From Epithemia pelagica (Eukaryota; Protista; Bacillariophyta): DNA of 64,000 nt. The notes under the pieces were generated by a model. That model ran no database searches and had not been told where the DNA came from. It was given only the letters and a program-made list of their open reading frames with translations. A program made the translations under genes and the position numbers. The stretch is from contig OX337232.1 in NCBI GenBank assembly GCA_946965045.2, positions 1,178,001-1,242,000 of the forward strand, written 5' to 3'. Of the stretch, positions 32,454-44,413 are shown piece by piece. Each line of letters starts with the position of its first letter. Within the stretch, counting starts at the first letter, position 1.

Positions 32454-33355
32454 ATGACGACAGGACACTCTGGAACGGCAGCGCTGTTTCGGGCTCTTGC
32501 ACACTCACGCAAGTCGGCCAACCGGTTTCAGACGGGTCGTTTTATTCCGGCCGAAACGCTCCGCGATGTTCTAGAATCTACGTTGGTACGTAACAACAAC
32601 AACAAGGCATCTTTGGTCATCGTATTGGGCAATCTTCACACTCATGCATGCGCTATCCAATGCAACAGCGAGCGCCGTCGAGCTTCAATTTACAGCCAAC
32701 TCAAGTAGTCATGGTTCAAGATCAAGAGATGAAAGAAAGATTTGCGGACGAAGTTATGCTCGGCGCGGGGAACAAGTACAGAGTACGAGATTGTTCCGCG
32801 CTTGCAGTCTTTTTGGCGGATCTGGAAGCTGGAAAACGGATCCAACGAATATACCAACTCGAACAGACGTGGGGAAAACGCCATCGCAGCTATAGTGCAA
32901 TGATGCCGCTGTATTCGTCGTTTTTGATAGGCGAAGGACATGCCGCAACATTTGCCAAGAATGTCGCTTCTGGGATTCTGTCTCAGTGGAAACCAATGCC
33001 AGTGATTGAATCCGCGCAAGCGTGGAGTTATAAAAACACCTCTTTGTTTATTCAGTCGTACTTGTTCGCTGCAACAAGTCACGATCTTGCAACATCTCCA
33101 ATGGAGGGCTTTGACGCTCGAAGAGCCATGGAAGTGCTTCGTATACCCGACAGGTACTCCATACCAATGGTTGTTGCAACAGGTTATGATTATGAACAAG
33201 ACACGGAGCAGACAAGGACTCCACGCTTGCCTCTCGAAGAATTTGTGTTTCGTGACTCGTTTGGTAATCCATTTACCAGTGGTATCGATGACAGAGAGCG
33301 TCACTCACCGAGTGATGGACAAACGCCTGCATCCCCGCAGTCCAAACTGACCTAA
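32454..33355 (+). CDS. Nitroreductase-family flavoprotein (intron 32586-32668)
   Basis: SRKSANRF...RAPSSFNLQP, TSPMEGFD, IPMVVATGY, TPRLPLEE; start codon uncertain. Confidence 0.85.
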
Positions 33356-33942
33356 GAAGAGTCTTAATGTATTTGATAGACGAATAAGTCATAGAAGATG
33401 TACGGATTACGGATGCTGACGAGTTTAGAGCTACAATAGGAGACTTTCACCACAGAGGTACCTGCCTAGTTCGCGATCTACAAGCGACTTGCTTCCGGAT
33501 AACGACACGCGGACGGACCAGGAACGATTCTACAATACGCGCGCTGACCATACACTCGTTGGAATTCAATCGATCTCCGAGTTCGATTGTACTTCTCCAT
33601 AACATTGTACAGACGCGTGTCCACATGCGCGCGCGTTGGGCTCACCATGTTCATGTTCAGGAAATCAATCCCGATCTCCAAGTTCGATTTTGTGAGAAGC
33701 CAAGGATCGATGGATGACCTCCTGAGTTCCATTGAATTCGATGGACCATCCTGATATCTTTCCAACGTGTATCCGCAATCGTTGCCGGGTGCAATCATCC
33801 GATCTCCCATGAGATTTGAGAGATGTACGTTGGTGGAGGTTTGGCTTTCCATTATCTACAATCTCATAAATTTGTAGTGGTCTCTCACGACAACAACAAC
33901 AAGAACAAGCGTAAAGAAATCAAACGCCCTTGAACGACAACC

Positions 33943-34611
33943 ATGAACTTGAAAGCCACTTCTCAGACCAGCCGCATTCTCAAGAATGTGTTTATTATCA
34001 ACGCCCACCACCAGTACCCATTCTCTCAGGGGAAGCTCAACGCTGCCATGGTCGACAAAGCTACGACTCATTTGGTCTCCAAGGGCTATCAAGTCAAGAC
34101 GTCCATGACGCAACAGGTCGACTCGTGCAATGTCGATGAGGAAATTGAAAAGCACATGTGGGCCGATGTCGTCTTGTTGCAAAGTCCCGTGAATTGGATG
34201 GAAATGCCCTGGTCCTTCAAAAAGTACATGGACCTTGTGTACACGGCCGGAATGGACGGTCGTTTGTGTCAGGGAGATGGTCGCTCACGACAAGATCCGC
34301 TCAAGCAATACGGCACGGGTGGAAGTTTGAACGGTTCCAAATACATGATGTCTTTGACTTTCAATGCACCCAAGGATTCCTTTGATGATTCGAATCAAGT
34401 CTTGTTTCAAGGAAAGAGTGTGGATGATTTGATGTTTCCGATGCATTGCAACTTTCAGTTCTTCGGAATGGAGCCATTGGAGACCTTTGCCTGCTTTGAT
34501 GTCATGAAGAACCCTGACATTGAAAACGACTTTGTTCGTTTTGAAGCTCATCTCGATCGTAACTTTGCTCCTGTTTCCAAGGCGGAAGAAGATGGTTCCC
34601 CCTCCAACTAA
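33943..34611 (+). CDS. mdaB: NAD(P)H:quinone oxidoreductase MdaB (flavodoxin-2 fold), intronless
   Basis: [71 protein letters not shown]; colinear with recalled E. coli MdaB. Confidence 0.9.
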   Translation: MNLKATSQTSRILKNVFIINAHHQYPFSQGKLNAAMVDKATTHLVSKGYQVKTSMTQQVDSCNVDEEIEKHMWADVVLLQSPVNWMEMPWSFKKYMDLVYTAGMDGRLCQGDGRSRQDPLKQYGTGGSLNGSKYMMSLTFNAPKDSFDDSNQVLFQGKSVDDLMFPMHCNFQFFGMEPLETFACFDVMKNPDIENDFVRFEAHLDRNFAPVSKAEEDGSPSN

Positions 34612-35052
34612 AAGAAGACAGATGAGGCACTGCGTGATACTCCGATCAAAAATGAATTAAAGTAATAAGGTGGACCAATACCATGGCCAACTTCACGCTA
34701 AAGTCTGAGCAGTAGCATAGATAGGATGCCATTCGTACCAAAAGGTTTCTCCTTTCAGGATTCTGACAACTCGCCTGTTTGAAGCGCTGAAATACTCAGT
34801 GCTTAAGTCTTTGTCAACGCTAAAAGGAAAAGCTGCAAGCAGAACTTGAGAGCTGAAAAACATTGATCAGATAAAATCAACAGAAGATCCCGCTCGACTC
34901 CTCAAGCCAGAATGAGAACCGAGTGCGTCAGCGCCCAGCAGTCTAAAGTTGATTGTTGCCTCCCACGGTGAAAAAGTTCGAATCGTGTAATACTTGCGTT
35001 CTTGAAATGCGGCTTCGTTCTTTTCTGTACTTGGCCTCGTGTTGGAGAATGA

Positions 35053-37080
35053 CTAAACTTGCTTCTGTCGGGGTGGCCGCGATCGAGCTACGGCGACAGT
35101 CTTATCGCTTTTCTTGCTCCCCACGGTCCAATGGGCAAGATTCATTTGTTCAGCCACATAGTGGATTAATTTGCGGCGACGTCGACCCATTCCGGTGGGG
35201 AACACCAAGACACTCTCGTTCGAAGCACTTGTTGTCACGTCGAGCTTGGGCGGAGGACTGTGGCCAACTTTGGTTGTACTCACCGGAACCACTAAAGACT
35301 GATTCAAAAAGTCAGAAATTTTCCCACGAATCTCATCCTTTTCTTCGGGCGTCCAATCTATGGCAACACGCTCCTGTGAGTACTGTGTATTGACTTGCCG
35401 AGTTTCGTTTGCGCCGACAATGGCGTCGTCTCTTGTTTTGGTGGACTTCGATTCTTCGCAAGACAAAAACAAGTGTTCTTTGGTCGCATCTAAATCAACC
35501 AGACATGCGGGGTTGGGGGATAACCAAGAAGAATCCTTGCCAATGTCCTTTTCGTTCACATTGCTCGGTTTCCACGCCAACACAATATCATTCTTGGGCG
35601 AGGCATCCCAAGGCTCCATACGCGTCAAGGCCGTGGTATAACCATACTCTTCTTGTAGAAACAATCGTCGATCCGTTTCAAGCAAAGCCTTGGCCGTGCG
35701 ACGCGTTGCCCCTGCAAACGATTTTTTGCCGTTATTGATACTTGCCTGCTGTGTCATCAACGTCGTCGACTCTCCATAATCGGCAGCCTTGACAAGCGAG
35801 TTCCAATCTTCCTCCTTGACAAAATCCCCGCCATTCGTTTGGAAGCTCTCAAGAGACTTTTCTTGGTGTTGTGGATTGTCTTGGCTACTGCGATGCGTAA
35901 GGACCGTTTGGAATAGTCTGGACTGAGGATACGTCACAGTTGGTTTATTTTGCCCCGTCGCTTGCCAAACGTAGGGATTTTTACGTTTCCGGTTCAACTT
36001 TCCCACGCAACAGGGACAAAAGACCAATGCCGTGGCCTGTATTTGACCACATGTGCGTAAGGCAACATCTGTAGCCTCACCGCATAAATGCAAGGCAATC
36101 CCGACGTCAACCTTCAAGTCTTCGTTTCCTGGATTTCGCAGATAATCTCCAAATGCCTCAACAGATCCAGGAAAGGTAAACAGATTGGGAATGGATGTGG
36201 TCTCTAAGCACGAATATGAGCACCTATGATGTTCAGATGAATCAGAGGGGCGATGCGAGTCGTCATTGCGTCGTTGATTCTGTGTATCCATCTGTTGGTC
36301 ATTGTGCTTGTCCAGGATAGTGGAGGGATAAGATAAAGACTGCGAGTCTTTGTGAGTGGGCTCGTTCTCATCCCTTGTTTGTTGTCGTCGCTTTGCTTTG
36401 ACTTTTAACAGATCGAGTGCTTGCTTGCTCAAATCCACAACAATTACACGGCAGCGGGGTACCAAACACGCCAAAGGAATGGCCAAATGTCCCGACCCCC
36501 CTCCAAAATCCACCAAAGTGGCGTCCCACCTTTGTTCCTTGGTGGTGAGCTGTAATGATTCATCCCTTTGTTGCTTTGATGAAACATCTCGAGCATCGGA
36601 ACAATTCATTGGAGGCATGTTGTCACAACCGGGTACCGGTTCTTCATTTCCACGAGTAGGGACATCCTCCTTGTCACGGCCGTCCTCTTTTGGGTGGTCC
36701 GTCACAAGGACTGTGCGAAATAGCAAGGCCAATATGCATTGGAGCATAGAACGCAATTGATCCTGCTTCCGTCGAGCCCGTACAGGATTGGCAATCTGAC
36801 CAGCCAATGTACCTTCCACTCCTTCCACGACATACTCACCCAATACTGAACCGCGCCACAGTTTTGTTGTATCTTTATGGTTGTTGTTGTTGTTGCTTGG
36901 TCGAGTGGAGGGGGATGACAACGACACGGACTTCATGGATCCGTCTCCATTGGTGCAAGGTTGGCAAAATGGTTCTACTACTAGGCCTGTTGTAGCTGTG
37001 GTGGTAGTGGGCAGTAATGGAAGATGCGAGTACTCAATGACAATTTCGGGTTTCATCAAAAGCGATTTCACTGTTCTCAT
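35053..37080 (-). CDS. SAM-dependent methyltransferase (Methyltransf_32/GSTCD-like) with C-terminal R3H-like domain
   Basis: LVDFGGGSGHL, ALHLCGEATD, CPCCVG, SPKND; C-terminal RRRRKLIHYVAEQMNLAH. Confidence 0.75.
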   Translation of the reverse strand: MRTVKSLLMKPEIVIEYSHLPLLPTTTTATTGLVVEPFCQPCTNGDGSMKSVSLSSPSTRPSNNNNNHKDTTKLWRGSVLGEYVVEGVEGTLAGQIANPVRARRKQDQLRSMLQCILALLFRTVLVTDHPKEDGRDKEDVPTRGNEEPVPGCDNMPPMNCSDARDVSSKQQRDESLQLTTKEQRWDATLVDFGGGSGHLAIPLACLVPRCRVIVVDLSKQALDLLKVKAKRRQQTRDENEPTHKDSQSLSYPSTILDKHNDQQMDTQNQRRNDDSHRPSDSSEHHRCSYSCLETTSIPNLFTFPGSVEAFGDYLRNPGNEDLKVDVGIALHLCGEATDVALRTCGQIQATALVFCPCCVGKLNRKRKNPYVWQATGQNKPTVTYPQSRLFQTVLTHRSSQDNPQHQEKSLESFQTNGGDFVKEEDWNSLVKAADYGESTTLMTQQASINNGKKSFAGATRRTAKALLETDRRLFLQEEYGYTTALTRMEPWDASPKNDIVLAWKPSNVNEKDIGKDSSWLSPNPACLVDLDATKEHLFLSCEESKSTKTRDDAIVGANETRQVNTQYSQERVAIDWTPEEKDEIRGKISDFLNQSLVVPVSTTKVGHSPPPKLDVTTSASNESVLVFPTGMGRRRRKLIHYVAEQMNLAHWTVGSKKSDKTVAVARSRPPRQKQV

Positions 37081-37584
37081 GCAATACAGATTTCAAATAA
37101 ACAAAAAAAATCAGGGAGAAAATCAAAAGAGAGTATGATGAGTCCACTTTCCTTGCTCGTTCCATTGACCTGGATAGTGTATGATGAGTCCATTTTCTTT
37201 GCTTTTTCCATTTAAATGGATAGTGATGTCACTGAAGGACTATGATGTATGGTGCCTCTACTGAAAAAAACACGGACACGGCGACTCACCGACACGTTCA
37301 AAGTGCTTGAGCTGTACTCCACTCACGCCCACTTCGACCGTCGCATTCTTGCTCCTTCCTGATATAGACATGCGTGCATTTGCTTCTTCTGTTCTTTATC
37401 TTATCTACTTCTCTCTCTCTTGAACTTGCCGAATGGTGTGGACAATGGACTCGCTTTGTGTTGCCGCTCATGTCATTAGCGATCTATGTGCGACTCATTA
37501 CCGTCGGAGGATGGAAAGACCGCGTCCGTGCCTCATTCCCATTTTATCACTGTCGTTTCTGTCAGACAGCAAAGAAGAACAACC

Positions 37585-38352
37585 ATGACGACAGCACATC
37601 GTCCGACCTGGAAAGCGGCCGTAGGGAAAGCCAATGAAGGAGGCTGGACGGCTGGCGGGGCAGCTTCCACACAACAATCGGCTTTGGATGCGCCGGGTCA
37701 ATTGTCCTTGAAACTCCGAGCCAAACCTGTCGATCGAAAAAAGGCCTTGAAAGAATCTCTGCTCGCCTTGGAAGAAGCCGAACAACAGCAACAAGCAGAT
37801 GGTGGTGGTGGTGGAAGAAATAGCCATTCCTTTCAAAAATCTCCCCAGCTGGAATATGGCAAACAAGAACGATTATTTTTAACCGAAACGGCCAGTAGGA
37901 CGAAACAAAGCGAAGAAGAGGAAGATGGAAAAATAAAAGCACACGGCAAAGGAGAAGAAGAGGATTCGAGTGACGAGGAAAGTGATTTAGATGCAGATGA
38001 TGATGATGACGAAGATGGTTCGGATGATGATGATGACGACGATGATGATGATGATGAAGAGGCCTTGCAAGCAGAATTGGCCAAAATTCGAGCCGAACGA
38101 GAAGAAGTGCGACGTCAAGAAGCAGAAAAAGAGCAAGCGCAAGACGAGGAATCGGCGCTCGTGGGGAATCCCTTGTTAACGGGAGAAGGGGTAGTAGGCG
38201 GATCCGCCGTAGGAAAACGCCGTCGTCGATGGAATGACGATGTCGTCTTTCGGAATCAAGCCAAGGGTGAACCGAAACCCAAAAAGCGTTTCATCAATGA
38301 TACCGTGCGCAATGATTTCCATAAAAGATTTCTCAACAAGTTCATTCGATAG
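37585..38352 (+). CDS. CWC15: Spliceosomal Prp19-complex protein Cwc15
   Basis: MTTAHRPTW start; EEEALQAELAKIRAER, GNPLL, RRWNDDVVFRNQA, FINDTVRNDFHKRFLNKFI. Confidence 0.95.
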   Translation: MTTAHRPTWKAAVGKANEGGWTAGGAASTQQSALDAPGQLSLKLRAKPVDRKKALKESLLALEEAEQQQQADGGGGGRNSHSFQKSPQLEYGKQERLFLTETASRTKQSEEEEDGKIKAHGKGEEEDSSDEESDLDADDDDDEDGSDDDDDDDDDDDEEALQAELAKIRAEREEVRRQEAEKEQAQDEESALVGNPLLTGEGVVGGSAVGKRRRRWNDDVVFRNQAKGEPKPKKRFINDTVRNDFHKRFLNKFIR

Positions 38353-38894
38353 GCCCAGCTAGTGTCTTTGCATACATAAGATGGATTTTCGCTCAATGTA
38401 ATTCATGTTTATGGTTCCTTGTCCTCTCCTACCCAATAGGATCCATTCGTACCATCAAATTTGTCTCTTCAAGTCGGATGATCTGATCTACTTGAATTCG
38501 GCATGTGTTTATGGTTTTACCCGCGGGAATATGTTACCGTAAAAGATAGAGCATCACTCAGAGAGTCCAATTTTTACATCTACATGAAATACAAGTTGCT
38601 CTTTAATTGCACATCGGCGCACTATGAAACGGAAATGTTCGTTCTAAAAGTATCGACAGTTGCAAGTTTCCTCTCCGTCGAAAGAGCCCCAAGGTCTACA
38701 ACGTCTGACGGGTGCACAAGTGACGTGTCTTTTACCCAGTGCCATGGCCAAACATAGTGCTTTCCTCAATTCAGAAGGAAGAGATGGAGGGTCACTATGA
38801 TTTCCTGAGGAATGATCCTGGTATGCCCGTTTGAAAATACACATCATTCTTTCTTCATAACAGGAAGGCCAGCACCCATTCAGGTGACAGAGAT

Positions 38895-40859
38895 TCATGG
38901 TCTTACGGAAAATTCTTCCTCATCGTCATCCTGTCCATCCGATACCCAAACGTCATCTCCTTCTTCCAATTGGAAATCTGCAAAGTCCAGGCTGAACTCG
39001 TCGTCGTCGTCATTCTTGTCATCGAATTCCAACAAATCCCAGTCTTCTTCGTCCCCAAACCCTTCCAGCTCTTGTGTATCGATATCCAAAAACCCTCCTT
39101 GGACAAAGGGACGCCAGGCGGGAGGTTTAGTCTCCTGGTTGTCACCTTTTCTGGCCTTGGTTTGCGGTGACCCACCCTGCAATTCGGCTTCACTAAACCG
39201 GATTTCATCTTCTTCCAACAGTTCGGGTGGAATGTAGGGATTCTTTTGTCCAGGCGAAAACTCAAAGTCATAGGTCCCAATCATGATTAGATCACCGTCC
39301 GTCGCACCACGACGAAGGAGTTCATCACTGATTCCCAAAGCCTCCAGTTGCCGACCAAAGCGTTCGACTGCTTCGGGGTATTCCCAATGCGTCATTTTGG
39401 CCACTTGTTCCATATACTGTCCAGAAATACGCCACTGATTCGGATAAGAAGGATCAGATTGTATTTCGTAGTCATCGGCATCGTAATCCAAACCCGCCTT
39501 GGACAAATCTACTTCGGCCAAGGCCGGCAAATCAGGTTCCGGTTGTGCCGATACAAATTTCCGCAAACGACTCATGAGCTCGGATACGTTCTGTGTTGTG
39601 GCGGCCGAAATGGACAAGACCCTCGTGTGCCCCGAAGCCTCCCGTAATTGTTGCAGGAGTTCTGTTTCTCGTTCCTGTACTTCTGGCACATCCATCTTAT
39701 TGAGGACAACCACCTGTGGTTTCTGAGCCAAAAATTCATCATAGTCTTTCAACTCTTGGTTAATCACATGGAAATCACCAATCGGATCTTCGGCCGTCCC
39801 ATCCACGACATGTAACAATACTCTACACCGTTGGACATGCCTCAAAAAGGCCAACCCCATGCCTGCTCCATGAGCGGCTCCTTCAATCAACCCAGGAATA
39901 TCGCACAAGACCAATCCAGCACCTTGACCCAAATCGCAGACACCCAAATTGGGAACAATGGTGGTAAAGGGATAGTTGGCAATCTTGGGTCGAGCGGCCG
40001 ACGCAGCCGCCAAGAGCGTCGATTTGCCCGCGTTGGGTTTTCCCAGAAATCCCACATCCGCTACCAACCGTAATTCCATGGACAGCCACCGTCGTGCTCC
40101 CGGTTCTCCTCGCTCGGCTAATTTGGGTGCTGTCCGACGAGCTGTCAAAAAGGCCGCGTTGCCTCGACCACCGCGGCCACCCTTGGCAACCAATACGGTT
40201 TGTCCTGGTTCCCGCAATTCCCCAGCCAAACGCTGTGTATGCAACTCACGTATGACTGTACCAGGAGGAGCACGAATGTAAATATTGGAACCCGAGGAGC
40301 CATCCTTATTTTTGCCCAGGCCATTGCGCCCCTTGGCGGCCCGTACATGGACGCGTTGTCGAAGGGGCATGAGAGTATTGAGTGTTTCGTCACAAACCAA
40401 GTACACCGATCCACCGCGTCCACCACGACCGCCATTGGGACCACCTCGTGCCTCTCCCTTTTCGCGACGAAAGGCGACACAACCCGTTCCACCGTCGCCG
40501 CCCTGCACATGAATGCGTGCCGTATCAAAAAATTTCCATTCAGGATCATCGTTCTTGTTGTTGTTCGGATTCTTGGACGACATGCGCGAAGCAAACGCCT
40601 TGTCAGCATCAAACACGTCTGGTTGCTGCGACAACGACATGGGTCCCACCGTGAACCGGCCTGGATACTGTCGACGTTCCAACGAAAGATTGTCTCTCGA
40701 TGAAATCGAATTCGAACTGTCGTTGGTATATGGAATAAAAGCATGTACAGTCATCGACATCGACCAGAGAAAGGCCACTGCTAAATAAAAGATCTTCCAT
40801 GGCGAAATGTGGATCCCTGACACGGTTGACAACGGCCTATGATTTATCATTATCATCAT
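38895..40859 (-). CDS. obgE: Obg/CgtA GTPase with probable bipartite plastid-targeting leader
   Basis: FFDTARIHVQGGDGGTG, GGPNGGRGG, GKPNAGKST, YPFTT, DIPGLIEGA, NKMD, C-terminal DUF1967-like region; leader with VHA-F motif. Confidence 0.93.
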   Translation of the reverse strand: MMIMINHRPLSTVSGIHISPWKIFYLAVAFLWSMSMTVHAFIPYTNDSSNSISSRDNLSLERRQYPGRFTVGPMSLSQQPDVFDADKAFASRMSSKNPNNNKNDDPEWKFFDTARIHVQGGDGGTGCVAFRREKGEARGGPNGGRGGRGGSVYLVCDETLNTLMPLRQRVHVRAAKGRNGLGKNKDGSSGSNIYIRAPPGTVIRELHTQRLAGELREPGQTVLVAKGGRGGRGNAAFLTARRTAPKLAERGEPGARRWLSMELRLVADVGFLGKPNAGKSTLLAAASAARPKIANYPFTTIVPNLGVCDLGQGAGLVLCDIPGLIEGAAHGAGMGLAFLRHVQRCRVLLHVVDGTAEDPIGDFHVINQELKDYDEFLAQKPQVVVLNKMDVPEVQERETELLQQLREASGHTRVLSISAATTQNVSELMSRLRKFVSAQPEPDLPALAEVDLSKAGLDYDADDYEIQSDPSYPNQWRISGQYMEQVAKMTHWEYPEAVERFGRQLEALGISDELLRRGATDGDLIMIGTYDFEFSPGQKNPYIPPELLEEDEIRFSEAELQGGSPQTKARKGDNQETKPPAWRPFVQGGFLDIDTQELEGFGDEEDWDLLEFDDKNDDDDEFSLDFADFQLEEGDDVWVSDGQDDDEEEFSVRP

Positions 40860-43375
40860 TGTGATGCTTTCTTGTGATGGATTTTGTTTGCTTGGTTGGG
40901 AAACTGTCTGTGATTGGGCAAGGGACAGACAGTCAGACGGATATGTTACTGAAGGAGCTATGTCTCACTACGATAGCTACCATATTCCATTCCCACAACT
41001 CGTGACTCGAACCAACATAATTATTTAAGCGACCGTTAACAATACTCGTAGTAGGCGTGGTAGACTCCGTGGATTCTCTTTCTGATTCTGCATTCTGTGG
41101 ACTACAAAAGCAGGGCGAACTTATCCGGCGGAAAATGTCGGACCAAGACCCAACCAACTACGACTAGATTTGTATTCTTCCATGACAAGGTCCAACCAAT
41201 CTCAAATTGTATTCCCAATGCTATTTCAGAGTGACACGTCTCATATCATCTGATACAAAATACAAGTACAAGTACTCGTACTCGTACCTCGTACCTCGTA
41301 CATCATGAATCATGATTTCAGATGGGAGTACAAGATGAACCTTATTAGCAACGTCCGTGTACGTTGTGGGTTGTTGGTAGCCTAGTGGTATATGTGGTAT
41401 CTATTAGTACTACCTAGTACTCTAGGTAGATAGGTACTATTTGTACGTACTACGTACCACGTAAAGCGTAGAGCGTAAAACGATAGCTTAAGGAGCACTA
41501 AATGCTAAAGTACTAGACAGAACAAAGAGCCCATGACTCGACATCTCGATTTCGCCGTCAGTTATTAATAATATAAGTTGTTATACGATGTAATATAAGA
41601 GGACTTGATCGCTAGGGTGTGGTTTAATAGTCAAATCTGTAGTTGGGAAAGTACCACGAGACACGAGACTGATGCTACAAACAGTACGAGTATGTACCAA
41701 AGAGAACAAGGCGAAACACTACCAGAAATAATAAGGTACCCTAGAGATGATCACACAACATGATCCTTACGAGTATCACTTGAGGGCAATGACAAAAAGC
41801 GGCATGTTCCAGTTTCCCAAGTTCTCGATTTTATTCGCGGGCTGTGGAGTTTCCGCATTCCACGATTTCTAAGAGGTTGAAAGTTGAAATGCTAGTTCGA
41901 CCTCTTCCACTTCCGCTTTCCGCTCTATTTTCGCTCTATTCCATGTCACGTATCTTGCTAAACGGAGTCCAAAAAATAGCTTTACACAATACTCCTACTC
42001 CTCTCTCTAGAGCTAGAGAGTGGCCAAAGTTGCGAACATACGGATATACTCCTACTCATATTATTTTCGTGGAAGAATCTTTGCTCTATTTCTACCTACC
42101 TAGTCGTGAGATCTGGATCTGAACCGTGATGCTATGCTCTAAGTAGAGAAGTTCTAATTAAGCTAGTAGGTGGATCAAAGTGTCATCCAACTGATGAGCT
42201 TCTCTTCGTCTAGCGAAGGTTAGTACGGAAAGCTCGTTGACGTGAGGCGTGAGACGTGATGGGTGATGGGCTGTGCTAGAGAGGAAAGAATATTAATATT
42301 ATGAATCATTACACACATCACACATCACACATCACACTCACAGTGCATCAAGGTTGCTGCTGCGTCACGTCACGGACCCTCGTCGTGACGTGACGCGTCA
42401 AGGACATGACGAATCACTGACCAAATAGACGAAATGGCGTCAATGGCGACGAGCCGGGATACCCCTAACAACAACACGATAGAACGATGACACTAACATG
42501 AAAGTACTCTGTAGATGATTACATGTAATGGTAATGATAAAGAATGGTCCCTAATGGTGCTTGAATCCTCCCATGATGGAGGTTAGCTCCACGTTTTGCC
42601 ATCCTCACCTTTGATGACATAGCCATCCTCACCTTTGATGACATACTCCTAGCATTCAAGATCATAGCGTCCCTTTCCTCACGTTTCCCTTCTCGCTCAC
42701 TTTTTCACCTGTTGCAGAATCTTTGACTTCCTCTTCTTTGTTTTCATCGTCCTTGTTTGACAAGGTTTGAGCTGCTCAGGCCCCGGCACGAGTCATTAAT
42801 GGCGTTGGTTTTTGAGATGTTGCGTTATCATTGAACCGGTTACCTCCGTATTTTATTTATAAACCATTCTTTAGTGTTTCTCATGGTATCTCTAGACGTT
42901 CCTATGAGTTTCCTTAATTCGTCACCGATTCGTCAACGCCCAATCGGCAGACGTGACATGGGGGGTATTTGGTCACGTCATCTGAGGCGCGTCAATTGTG
43001 ACGCCGTCACAGTAGCGCCTTGACTGCATCTGCATCACATTATCATCATGGTGGTTTTGCGTTGCGTGCTCAAAAGGATCACTCAAGAAGAGTGGCCTCG
43101 AGCGCTGAGGTGTATGAATCCTACTTAAAACGACCACTCATAACTACTTCTTCGTCGTTCGTCGTACCTACTATTTTCTATTATATTGAACTTGAACCAT
43201 CGCATGCAAACTGTCCACATTCCAAAGTACCCGGCGCAGTTCGGGTCCTTTCGACTCCCGACAATTGCCCTTCGTCCCCAAACAAAAACGAGCCAACAAC
43301 GAAAAGGGACTTTACACATATTTTTTGAATGCGCCAATCCTCAAGTTTTCTCGTCACCCGACGCTGCCGCTCACG

Positions 43376-44413
43376 ATGTTTCCAAGAGAAGAGCCTCAGC
43401 ACTTTCCAATCCCAATGGAGGCCGTGTCAACAGGAAGTCTACCGGAGGATTATCAACCCAGAGAATGCGACGTATGTTGTGGCAGGGGAAAGAAGAACTG
43501 GACGCACGAGGGGAACAAAACATTCCGTAAGCTCATCCGTAAGAATGTCAAAGCCTATCAAGACGCGGTCGACAAGCAACGGCGAAACCTGGTTGTGGAA
43601 TCGATCGTGGAAACCATCTACCGAGAAGGAGGAAGGTTTCTGAAACAAGACGACTCGAAGAGATGGTGTGATATTGGAGAATTGCAAGCAAGAGAGAAAG
43701 TTGGACATTCACTTCGAGACCAAGTAAATGCCCAAGCGAAAGCTCAACAACGACAACAAGAAGCTGAATTCTCGCCACGGAAACGGGACTCAATGTCCCT
43801 GTTATCCTCTTTTTCACCCAAAAAAGTGAAAGCATCACCCGTACGGAGTCCTGCTAGTGCTACGAGCTCATCATTGTCAGAGCATTTGCACAACAGCTCT
43901 TCGTCATTCTTGTCGCACATTCCTTCTCCCCCGATGATGGAACATCCACACTTACGAGATAGCCCATCGTTTCAGTCTCACAACACAGAACCATTGGACT
44001 ATAATTGGGCTCCGCCCGCCTCGTCTCCTGTCCATTCCAATATGCCACTCGACCGACCATCCTACATGTCCCAGCAATTCTCGAATACAGGGATATATTC
44101 AAGTCTACAGCAACAGCAGCAACAATATCAACAACATCAGCACCGTCAGCACCACCAACTGCCAAGATCGTCGGATCGAATGTACATTCCAAATACTCCA
44201 ATAAATGAAGGACCGAGAGCTTTGGAAATGCCCGAAGCCCTGGCTTCGTTTGAAAACTGGAGCTTGAACGCAGATCGAACACCCGAGCAAGGCCGTGTGC
44301 AATATCCGAATTTTTCTCAACCACTTGATGCCCCTATTGAACCAACTCCGTTCCCGGAACACAAATCGGCAGCCGATTTCAAGAAAGAAGCGGAAGATCA
44401 AAAGAAGCTCTGA
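43376..44413 (+). CDS. DUF6824-domain protein with Ser/Gln-rich tail
   Basis: DVCCGRGK...HEGNKTFRKLI...GGRFLK...W.DIG...AREKVGHSLRD; start codon uncertain. Confidence 0.8.
   Translation: MFPREEPQHFPIPMEAVSTGSLPEDYQPRECDVCCGRGKKNWTHEGNKTFRKLIRKNVKAYQDAVDKQRRNLVVESIVETIYREGGRFLKQDDSKRWCDIGELQAREKVGHSLRDQVNAQAKAQQRQQEAEFSPRKRDSMSLLSSFSPKKVKASPVRSPASATSSSLSEHLHNSSSSFLSHIPSPPMMEHPHLRDSPSFQSHNTEPLDYNWAPPASSPVHSNMPLDRPSYMSQQFSNTGIYSSLQQQQQQYQQHQHRQHHQLPRSSDRMYIPNTPINEGPRALEMPEALASFENWSLNADRTPEQGRVQYPNFSQPLDAPIEPTPFPEHKSAADFKKEAEDQKKL

Noticed and set aside
33478-33852. 124-aa ORF between nitroreductase and mdaB
   Set aside because: No motif or signal; cannot be supported as a gene without expression data.
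1-38352. Spliceosome gene cluster (SNRNP40 and CWC15)
   Set aside because: 37 kb apart with many unrelated genes between; likely coincidence.
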